Position numbers and translations under genes: made by a program. Below are positions 53,525 to 64,000 of a stretch of DNA of 64,000 nt, piece after piece. The stretch is taken from NCBI GenBank assembly GCA_025786725.1, contig JAHLTZ010000005.1, positions 1 to 64,000 on the forward strand, in the 5' to 3' direction. Position 1 is the first letter of the stretch, and the number at the start of each line of letters is the position of its first letter. The notes under the pieces were generated by a model that saw only the letters and a program-made list of their open reading frames with translations, had not been told where the DNA came from and did no database searches. The stretch is from Syncephalis fuscata S228. Taxonomy: Eukaryota > Fungi > Zoopagomycota.

Positions 53525-55484
53525 CTACGGCTTACAAGTGGGTGGTAAGCTGGTGGTTGCTACGCTCAAAGACCTCTACTAACAGCACCATAGCCAAGAC
53601 CTCGTTTGGCAAATCCGCGCCAGATTTCACAGGCATGTTTACCACCGGTCAATTGCTTTTCGGCTTGAATGATGGCATCTCGAGCTTGAACAAAAGTTGG
53701 ATCACATGGTTGTAATTTCATACCATCAATCACAACTTGAAGTAAAAGAGTGTTGCCTTTGGTAAGATCGGGAGTGTATATGTTTGTCTGGAATCCTAGC
53801 TTGTTAACAAGATTCCAGTAGACTTCATATAGCATTACGGCCCAGTTCTCACCAATATCGTGTGGTTCAAACTTTTGTCCGGGTTTGTTGAAATCATTAA
53901 ATGATTTTGGATTTGTAGTCAGGCTAGTTGAGTATGGATAATGACGGATATTTCTACCAGCAACGTGTCTACCCATTTCAACATTTTTGGTGGACTTATC
54001 AGATGCTTTCATCTCAAGCCAGTAGGCAAAGAAGTCACTCCAACCTTCACCCATGCCTCTAGCTTCGGGATTCGCTAAGCAGCCGCGTTTTCCACTACCA
54101 CCGGTTAGTCGGCCAGATATACCATGGCCATATTCGTGTGAAATAATTTCGTTGCTAAAATCTCCGTCGCGACCTGGTCTTATCGCGTCGAAGGCAAACA
54201 TTGCTATCGTTGGTCGTTCACCATCAACTGTTTCTGTAAAGAATGCATTGCCACGCAAGCCTGGAGAATCATAACCTTGCAATGCTTGAGCAGCTACAGC
54301 GTCGCCACCCCTACCACCTTTGTTGCCATTGTCTTCTTGGAAGTTGCCAGCAGCTTCATTGAAACCATATTTATAGAAAATGTCGTGCATACTGTTAGTA
54401 ACGTAGAACAGATTGGTAACAGCTGCGTTGGCATTGTCCTTTGGTGCTTTTCTAGGGTCATATGGAAAGTTAAAATTTAGACTACTTCCACCATCTGGAC
54501 GGGGATTGTTTTTCCAATTATTTTCACTATCATCAACCACATCTCCTATTCTGCTTCTGACATTGTAGTTGGCCTGAGCAAATACATTGTTACCAACTGT
54601 GGTAGTGAATTTTTTGCTTCCCTGTGTGTGCCAGCCATTTGGTGATGCAATCTTGTCGGCTGGGTCTGTGACAACCTGGCGTGGGTATCAATAGATTATT
54701 GTCGCCAATTTTAACAACATTGTAACTGGCAAAAGACATCAAATCCTTCAATGCAAGTATTTTGGTGCCATCAGCCGATACATGGGCTAAGAAATGGTTA
54801 AGCGGCATCTTGACTGTAAATCCCAAGCGGGTTCCACTTCATTGGCACTTGTTTGGATGTATGATTGTGACACTTGTACTGCAGATGTGGCAAAGTCAAC
54901 ATTCTTAAGCAGATATGACTGGCCATTGCCTGCAGATTTGGCCTGTGGTACAGTTTGGACCTTGCTGGCATCGAATTGCTGTTTGATGTGCGCGGCAAGT
55001 TTACCCAATGCATCAGCAGGAGAAACAAATCCGGTAGTCTGGCTATCCCATGTTTTGAGTGGTTTAGCTACAAACTGGTTAGCTTTGTTGGTCTTGAAGA
55101 AGCTGTCGTCATAAGCAATGATCTTGTTTGCTTTGTCGACGTGAATACCCACAACACCATTCGAAACGTTAATGTCTTTGATGGTTTGCTGAAGATAGAC
55201 ATGAGTGGTACCGCTGGGCTCGGACTTGTGTGAGGTGGTCATAATAAAGTCGCCATTCTTGATATGGAGCTGGGAACGAACAAATTCAAGTGCAGCTTCT
55301 TGTGCACTTTGAGGTGCGAATGACGCGGTGGCTTGTAGGTGCTTAGATCGGGCGACAGATCGCGGACTGCAGAAGCGACGTTAATCTTAGGAATGATAGA
55401 GTCAACCTCAACTCGTTGGTTGTCACATGAAACGACGCTGACGGATGCCAGGATCAACGAGGCAATAAGTAGGTCGATATGCAT
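53525..55484 (-). CDS. Fungalysin (M36) paralogue 3, intronless, with several frameshifts
   Basis: MHIDLLIASLILASVSVVSC signal, [39 protein letters not shown]. The end TTSLPPTCKP* is in an alternate frame. Confidence 0.88.
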
Positions 55485-56052
55485 GTTGGTGATAGAAAAC
55501 GAAGAGTCGTGATACGCAAATTGATCAGATAAAAAGGCTGCTTAAAACCAGTGATTTCAAAGACAGCGTAATCGTAAGTTGGGTTGTCGTAAGTGGATCA
55601 CGTAATTGTTAAAATGTTGAACGTAAAATTGATGGTGTATAGTTATAATGTTTTACAAAAATACTGCAACAAGCACGACTTTTATAATGAGCGCCGTATC
55701 TGTGCGATGAAATTTGAGCTTGTAAAACAGTAGAACATAGTCACATACTACCGATGGGTTGACACTGGATATCCAGTATAACCAATTGTTGGCTTGTAAC
55801 AAGTACCCCTATACTATACACAATTTACTAGTGTTAGCTAGTCATATCCCAGAATATGTGTATTAAATTAATAAGGCCTCGAATTAGACGGTTTCACAGT
55901 AAGTGCTTTATACGGCGCAGTAGAATATTTGATATTTTCTATTCTTTGTTTAATATGCGTTTCATATACAAGCGAACAAATTAGATAGAAATCCAGTTAT
56001 GTATACAATGGTATTTAATTTTATAAAAACTTGGGGCCCCATCAGATGTTTC

Positions 56053-56174
56053 AGCATCTCGAGGTTCCTTGTTGCGAGTACTTTGAAATTTTTTTACCAC
56101 AAGCACTTTAAGGTTCCTTATTGCAAGCACTTTGAGGTTTTTTATCGCAGGCACCTTAAAGTTTCTTTATCGCA
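56053..56174. repeat. Degenerate minisatellite, 5 x 24-25 bp (consensus about AGCACTTTGAGGTTYYTTATYGCA)
   Basis: Units: agcatctcgaggttccttgttgcg / agtactttgaaatttttttaccaca / agcactttaaggttccttattgca / agcactttgaggttttttatcgca / ggcaccttaaagtttctttatcgca. Confidence 0.8.
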
Positions 56175-57501
56175 ATTGCTATCAGTAAATATTCAAGTGT
56201 ACTAGTAATATAGGCCTGAAATGAAACTTGACGTAGAAAACTGTAGCAGATTTAATGACGGGTTGTTTGAAATTTTAAAGCACTCTTTAGCGAATGGTTG
56301 TCTTTAACAATCAGCTACTCCGTATTTGAATAAACGACAAGCTACAAGACAGTTTTGAATTCAAATCTGTTGTATTTGTACCAAGTTTTATGTAGCTAAA
56401 TCATTAGCTTAATAATTTAAGTTGTGGATACAATGATATTAATTTACGGTTGCATACTGCGTAATTTAAATACGTATTAAATTGATATTTTATGTGCACT
56501 AGAAGCACAAATAGCACTTTTTAAAATTGATACATGTATTTTAGCTAAGACAGTTTTGACAATTAAGCTAGCAAATTAGAATAAGAATCAAATGACAGTC
56601 TACATTACTATTCAGTGTACTGGGATGCTTAGAAGTATATGGTATAATGAATCCACAGATGAGTGTCGATCGGTGTATATGTACATAAACTGGTCAATCA
56701 CTCAAGTGTTTGCTAAAGCAGTTAAGTTTGTTGAGTTGTAACACGAAAAGTGTAACACTACAAAGAATATCTACAATCTTACTAGTTGACTAATTTAATG
56801 ATTGTAGCACTGTGATCATCACTATGGTCTTGACTTGAGGTAGATCGCGTATTCTACCTAATAATATGTCGATCTGCTTTTCTGTTGATATGGGTAATGC
56901 AATAATAAATTATAATTTTCTACTCATGATCCATTTCAATAGCTGCTATAAAATACCACTAGCAATTATACTGATGCTGGATATTTGGTGGTAACTATGG
57001 TTCTAGATTTTTATATCGTGCTATTGCCATATTGGGTAATTACTAACGATTAATTATTTCCCACACTAAGAATTTAACTTTGCACATTCTTTTACCATAT
57101 TAATGCTATATTTTACTTGCTCAAAAACAGCTATATAGCTGATTAGTTTACTATCAACAAAAAATATCTGTGATCTTGTAACTCATGTCTTTGTGCATGT
57201 ATATGTGTTTATAATAACTGCTGTATTTTATAGTATTTTTATAATTTGTTTAGCATCGTTTCGTATCTTTAGTAATATAAAATAAATACTTCAGCTATAT
57301 AGTTGAATGGTGTGACAGTGTGATAAAAATCGTAATATCGATCAGTATACCGATGTAGTTATTATGACGTTTGAGTGGGAAAGTCAAAAAGAGATACACG
57401 CATTTGTGTAACCGATATGGCGTAAATAGAATACAGCAGCGCAAAATCGCGCACGTCCTTTCTTTTGATTTTCACCAACTATTGTCCGCCCTGTCTATTG
57501 A

Positions 57502-59593
57502 ATGGTAATCTTAGCGCTACTGTTTCTAGTCAACCATGTCCTTAGGTATCCTAGTGGAATTTTATGGCAGAACCATGATGTCTTACTGTGTCTATGTTGC
57601 TTTATGGAGGACAAAGAGCTGATGGCTTTTGCCAACAGCTGTCGATTTATTCACCAAGCGATAGTTGATCGACCTACTATTGGGAACGACAATATAAGCA
57701 GAGTTTCCACTAGGTGATCAGCGCGAACAAAAATGGCTTACATGGTATAATTGGATATCACTAGCAACAAAATCAAAAAACTCTACATCCAATACAAACC
57801 AGACAAAACAAGGACATTTATTGCCATCTACTATTACAGCATATGGCAATAGCAATGATAATATAGACTACCTGTTAACGATTTGCTGTCTGCTTCGAAT
57901 TTCAGTACCACTCGATGGTTTTACACTTATTATCGACGTCGGCAAACGAATCACAACTTTATGGCAGGCAGATTCAAAGAGCAATATGCCATTTACCAGT
58001 TAATAAAAGCGCACCACTGGAACTGACTGCCATAAACCCGTGGAACGCATTGATATTAGACAAACAAGAATCAGAAATCTGGTCAATTCAACATGATGAT
58101 TTTAACAAGAAAAGTGAACAAAATAGCAAGGAGTTAGCTTGGAAAAAACTGACAATTCCTTTACGGGCACGTCCATTTAATAGTGGTGTTCGAATTAATT
58201 CGGTATATGGCGCAAACAGATTCGTTGTGGCCTATGTTGATATAATAACATATGATACGGAACTCCGTGTGACCGCTGGCAGTCCAATAGGTAGCTAACA
58301 ATTACTAACAATAATAACTGCACAGGTATTTACTAATGTCATTGAAATAATATATTTAGCTGAAATGAAAGCATTGCACATTGGCGAAAATAAATCTAAA
58401 AATTCTATTGCTTTAGATGGCCACTCCAACATTTTAAGGTCTAATGGGTCTATCAAGAAACGAATAGCTCAAGTGCAAGAAGCCATTGTAGTGTGGTCTA
58501 ATACTGACGACTCAGTCTCTGATATTATTTATCTTGAAGATCAAAATGATGACGAGCAAGAATCATGTATAGATAGATTTTTTGATATTTATAATGATTG
58601 GATACTCTTACGTACCACTTATGAAAACCATCCATATCGCGCATTTGATTTATTTGATTTAGAAGGGAGCAAGTGGATAAAAGGTCCAAAAATGCAGATG
58701 CCTGGTTCTGATGCCTGCATTCAGTTTGCATCTCACAATCAATGCCAATTGCTAACGTGGTCGATAATGCCTAGCCCAATGGAAGATGGAAATACACCTA
58801 CGACTGAAGCTGCTCAAACCTTGCATGCCACTGGCAGGGACAACGAATCATTAAATCTCCAATGGGAAGCATTTGATTTTCAAAAAGATCAACATCGGTG
58901 TGAAAAAATTTTATCGGGTCAGGTCAGCATTCCGTATTGTCCGAACGCCGTCATTAGGGCCGATATGTAACAGAGAAGATGTGTCTAATTACTGTATGGA
59001 ACGAAAAAAAGAAATTTACACGCAATGATAAAACATTTGGCTGTTTATTATCTTTGTTTGCATTAGGAAAGTCTGCACCAAATGACTCGGCACAGTCTTT
59101 GTTTGATGCTAGAGATTATGGCCCATTACTGCCAATCGATAGCTCTGACCAAGGGCGCATATTGTGGAGCCGGCCTATACTTAGCAGAGGTGTTACAAAT
59201 CTATACAGCGAAAAGCTGATTACCGTCCAGAACTATAGGTCAGTCGATGTATTGGATGCTCGCAATGGAAATCTGCTGCGTTCAATCACTTGTCCATACT
59301 ATGTGGTGTTTAATCCCTTTCTTGGATCTTTCTGTGCGATGCTTGGTGGTGAATCTGGAGAAAGCTGGCTTGTTGATGCGCACACCGGACGTATTTACAG
59401 CTTGATGAGTCATCTTATCCACAGAAAAACTGAAGATGGAAAAGAAGACAAGCCTTTAGACCTCAGCGAAATAACACTTTCAGAGCCAAGTAGACAAAAG
59501 ACAAGGATACCATTTGCGTGTCGTTTATCAAATGTTGCCATTGGTTGGATTGACAAACAGGGTGGCAGCTTATATGAATCGTATATGTTTTAA
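57502..59593 (+). CDS. Divergent F-box-like protein, apparently intronless, broken by several frameshifts; start uncertain
   Basis: HDVLLCLCCFMEDKELMAFANSCRFIHQAI resembles an F-box. Shifted frames give YWERQYKQSF, LGDQREQKWLTWYNW and RWFYTYYRRRQTNHNFMAGRF, followed by beta-rich ORFs at 58365-58970 and 58979-59593. Confidence 0.6.
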
Positions 59594-60575
59594 ATAAAAA
59601 GTATTAGTTAAAAACATTTAATACAAACTATTACATACTGTGTATTTAAACATCTTGGTCAAATATTTGACATTTTAAACTGTGCATAATTGCCAATATT
59701 GTGCATTTAAGTATTTTCAGATAGTAATTAGATAATATTAATGCTGCTAAGATGTTATATGTTTAGTATCAAAGTTTGATTTAATATGAATTGAATGCCT
59801 GATTCTATGTTGTTTTGGCTGTATCTTCCATGTATACCAGATAAGTAATCGTAAATTAAAACTATAAAGTACTCTCTTTTACACTGTTATTCATTGGTTA
59901 GTAATATAAAATAAATCACTTTATGATACGATTTTTATTATGCTATTATGCATTTCAGTCATGAACTATCGTGCTGCTGCAGCTGCTGTGACATTATATA
60001 TGCAAGGATAGTCTATGATTATTCAAATCACCACAATATACAGCAGCAACCATTACAGGCATTCTTTATTTACATATGCGTACATTATACCCGATAACCA
60101 AGCAGCTGAATGCCACACACACAAATGATTTATTTTGCTGAATTTACTTGTAATAGTACAAGCTTGTATTTTAGTATCAATTGTTGTTATAATACATTAC
60201 CGTTAGATATTAAATGGTAAGTGCAGCCATATCTAATACATTCAGTTTATTTAATGCATCACACCAATTAGAACATCATTGCAATGCAATAATATTGAAG
60301 CTATACTATGTCTAGTTATATTATGTATGCTATGTGTTTTCATATGAATACTACGCGTGTAACTATGAAAATATGTATTATAAATTTATTATTATGTTCA
60401 TAAATTTATAGCAACTATGCTATATTTCTTACAACTCGGACGAATGCGATTGACATTGTTTTGCATAGTTACTATGATGAAAGTTAGACAGTTTATTACT
60501 ATTGCCTTTTGAAATTGGCAGATTGTGTGCGCGTAGATATACTAAGAATTGCTATGTTTGCACCAGACTGACTAT

Positions 60576-61066
60576 TTCTGAATAAAAATGTGTTAGCCAT
60601 ATCATGCATTAAAGCGTTTTCCTAATACTTACAATTGTCGCATTCCTTGTGACCATTGTCTCTGTTGAGTCGGCAAGAACCATTCCTGCATTGATCGGAG
60701 CTATAGCATCTTTCGCCTCTGCCAAGATCGTATCTATCCTCTTTGTTGCTGTTATTGTTACATTCTCTGTCCATGTCCCTTTTGCTGCTGAAGCGATTGA
60801 AATCATCGCATACCTTTTCCATATGTCGGCTTCTCGAACGACTGTTTCCCCTGCATTGTCTTTCCAAACTGTACCAGCCACCGTTATTTTCCACAGTGCG
60901 GCATTCATCGGACATATCTATTATAAAACAGACGCTAGGTTAAGTCCTGAACAATAATGCTATTATTATAAACCATCTTACTGTTATTTTTTGCCTCTGC
61001 TACCGAATATACACTTGCGAGGGCACCGATAACGATGGTGGCAACGAATAGGTTGTTGAAATGCAT
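60576..61066 (-). CDS. Small secreted cysteine-rich protein (about 125 aa, 8 Cys), spliced; ends at 60622 if the last intron is retained
   Basis: Exon 1 MHFNNLFVATIVIGALASVYSVAEAKNN is a signal peptide spliced (GTAAGA...TAG) in frame to ORF 60622-60915. A second intron GTAAGT...GCTAAC...CAG splits the TAA stop. Confidence 0.78.
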
Positions 61067-63552
61067 TTTGTTGTTGCTGGTATTATAGCTTGAAAATAGT
61101 GAGTGCCGGCCCAAATATTATAGTATTGCTGATTAAGGAGCTACTGGAGTAAAGATTAAAATTCAAATGGTAGATAGATGTGCTGCTGACGATGCCTGTG
61201 ATGTTGAATGTCGAGTAAAAATATGCAAACTATTGTGCTGTTTAAATAGCAACGATTTGGCGTTTTCAGTCTGTTAGCTTTGCCGATTTGTTGCAAAAAA
61301 CAGCAATCAATTACAAGAATAGCATAGTTACAGGTATTTGCTGTGCCATTTCAAGCTTTGCATATTCTACTAGTACTGTATAACTTGTTTAGTTTAAAAC
61401 AAGTAACCGAACTGTAGTGAATTATGTTACAAGCTTCAAAAAAGCTGGGGTATTTGGTATTGCTAGTTTATCATTGGTTAATTATGAAACTGGATTGCAA
61501 TTATACTACAAACAACCGGTTTGAACCAGTATGATTGCTAATTGTGTCGCAGTATTTTATAATTATTATCAAAAGCTATATTTAGAATTTCTAGAAGCTT
61601 TTATTGCGAATTCAGTACTCTAAGCCACCTATGTAATTCAATGAACAGATTTCGAGACAGTACTCACCCGTTTTAGTACGAAATAGCAGCTACATAATTT
61701 GTGAATCAAATGATAGTAAAAAAACGAATAAACGAATGGTTAGTATTGACGTTAGTTACATATACTTATATTGCCAATAAATGACCATTTCTATCAAGTC
61801 TAAATCAAAATAGTGATGCAAATAAGATACTTGATATTTTGCAGTAGCGTGGATCAATTCAACGGCTAGTTGGCAAGAGTCGTTATATTAAATAAAATTA
61901 TTATTAAAAGCAACACTGACCAAAAATACAGTATATATTAGTATTGCAGGCGTTATTTATTGTTTATTGTAAAATGGCTATAAAGTGCTCATATAGCCAC
62001 TTGAACACAAAAACAATTATAGGCATAATAACAGTAAAATTTTAGGTAGTGCGATCTTTGTTTTGCTGTAATTAGCAATACTTTATAGCAAATAACAATC
62101 GCTTAGTTTTCAGTACTACAATTTTATAATCAATATTACTACAGCTTCTTTGATAAGACTTTTACAAATGAATAAGCAGAACAAAAATTTAATAAACTTT
62201 TAGCCAAGTAACAATAATAATTAAATGTATACAATAATTTTAATTCAAGTACGCTACTATTAAAAGATTGGCACAGTATATTTGACTAAACAATTCTGGT
62301 AATTGTCCTAACCAAAATTGAAACAAAAAGTAAACTGTGATTTTTGTTGTCAAAGTTTGATAATAACTCTATATGACAACAGTTTTCTTAGCAACTATAC
62401 CTCGCAATAAATTCATAAATAATTATCTATTTATTTGTGTGTTTAACCGTATTATTTGACTGAGCAAGATGCTTTTAAGTTAATTAAATTTTTATTAATT
62501 TTGTGATATGCCAAGTATTACGATATTAGTTAGAAACAGCTAAGTTCTGCCAATTAAACGATCTTGCAGCTGTAACAATACTATTAAATATTATTAAAAA
62601 TTACTGTCGTTGCTGTTTCATTTATTTCCGGCCTTGATAAACTTCAGCCTGGCACTAAAGAATTTATATTAATACTTAAAAACAATATAGCATTAAAACA
62701 AACTATTTTTAATTCGATGTTAGTTTGCGTCAAATAGTAAACAAAACTAACTAGTGTGTTAATTAGAGTAGTATTATTTATGCAACAAGTTTGACTACTA
62801 ATAATATCAAATACACCACCTGTATTTTCACTAAATAGTATATAATTTCTTATTTAATTTACTAAAAAAGTAATATGCACTTTTTTAAAATTGGTTTACT
62901 AGCAAGCAAATAGATATAAAGTATTATACCTTTATTAGTATGCTTTTATTGTTAGTATAAAATCTAAAGTATGGATAGCTACCTGCTTATAATAAACCAA
63001 AAAAATGTTTGATATTTAAATATTTACGCATAAGACAATATATGATTTAAATTTAGATATAATTGATAAAAGTCAGACTTGAGCGCACATAATATTTCTG
63101 TGTACATCTTCAGCGTCAGGCATCATAAAATTATGTAGTGTGAGGCCTTACTAACGTCACACGTTAAAGCAACAATGCTTAATTAATCAGGCCTTGAATA
63201 TGGCCTATTCAGCAGTTAACAAGTTATTTAAAGCATAAAAATAATTAATACGGGGTAGTAACAGGTCGCATGTACAACCTATTACCAGTATGTTCGCCAA
63301 CTATGTTTATATTTCATTGTATTACAAACTCAGGTCTATACCTTGTAGATGCAATACCTATTATAAAAGCCGTTCATGTTCATGTATTTTTGTAAAGAGC
63401 TATAGTCACACACCATTAATCCTACGCTCAATAACTTACTAATTACGCGATTCATCTGCGATATTCTACTCACGCCTAGTACTATCATATAATTATTCTC
63501 TGTTTTATTTATCTAATCTACGTATTACAGCACTTTGCTTTCCATCATCGAC

Positions 63553-64000
63553 ATGCACATCGATCTACGTATTGCTTCATTGATCCTGGCATTTGTCGGC
63601 GCCGTTTCATGTGCCAACCAACGAATTGAGGTTGACTCTATCATTCCTAAGATTAACGTTGATTCTGCAGTCCGCGCTTTATCTTCCGATCTAAGCAAAT
63701 ACAAGCTGCCAGCGTCATCAGCGCCTCACAATGCGCAAGAAATCGCACTGGAGTTTGCTCGTTCTCGGCTTCACATCAAGGATGGCGACTTTATTGTGAC
63801 CACCTCGCACAAATCCAAGATCAGCGGTACCACCCATGTCTACCTTCAACAAACCATCAAAGGCATTAACGTCTCCAATGGTGTCATGGGTGTTCATGTC
63901 GACAAAGCAAACAAGATCATTGCTTATGATAGCAGCTTTTTTAAAAGCAATACGGTTGGCCAAAACACTACAAGCAAACTGGCGACACGATCGCTTAAGA
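63553..64000 (+). CDS. Fungalysin (M36) paralogue 4, 5' part; runs off the window
   Basis: [41 protein letters not shown]...[17 protein letters not shown], highly similar to the other copies. Confidence 0.92.
   Translation, partial: MHIDLRIASLILAFVGAVSCANQRIEVDSIIPKINVDSAVRALSSDLSKYKLPASSAPHNAQEIALEFARSRLHIKDGDFIVTTSHKSKISGTTHVYLQQTIKGINVSNGVMGVHVDKANKIIAYDSSFFKSNTVGQNTTSKLATRSLK

Noticed and set aside
56053-56174. CRISPR-like array
   Set aside because: The units are contiguous and degenerate, with no unique spacers and no cas genes, in eukaryotic DNA.
58970-58980. U6 snRNA-like ACAGAGAAGAT
   Set aside because: It is not followed by TAGCATGG, has no other U6 features, and lies within a coding region.
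61100-63100. Transposon remnant or RNA gene in the long AT-rich spacer
   Set aside because: I could not see terminal repeats, ORFs or tRNA/snRNA motifs by eye. A repeat-library or Rfam scan would be needed to exclude them.

Overview
This is AT-rich, intron-dense eukaryotic DNA from a fungus, with mostly short (50-70 nt) GT-AG introns and CTAAC-type branch points. Gene content points to an early-diverging lineage; a Zoopagomycota mycoparasite such as Syncephalis is my inference from the intronless fungalysin paralogues and retention of FANCI. Bases 1-20.1 kb hold a near-identical tandem duplication (period about 10.87 kb) of ZCCHC9-VPS51-PNP-fungalysin. The 20.7-52.5 kb block is compact and mostly housekeeping: PXR1/PINX1, PGK, a spliced 68-aa microprotein, RPL19, a DUF4748-like gene, XPB/SSL2, RSM19, RPS18 with an intronic C/D snoRNA, a secreted Cys/Asp-box protein, a DHHC palmitoyltransferase, HAUS6, FANCI, AFI1/MesA, TFIIE-beta and a NoxB-type NADPH oxidase. 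The 52.5-64 kb block is gene-sparse and accessory-like: two more fungalysins, an F-box-like gene and a small secreted Cys-rich protein. Single-base indels also occur in essential genes (PGK, XPB), so the assembly has consensus errors and frameshifts here are not proof of pseudogenes. The best leads are a fungalysin module copied with its promoter, the RSGGGV-ending microprotein, the snoRNA in RPS18's stop-adjacent intron, a structured RPL19 intron, and two candidate effectors. I found no tRNA, rRNA, CRISPR array or recognisable transposon. Exon boundaries were read by eye, and no single finding establishes a new system on sequence alone.
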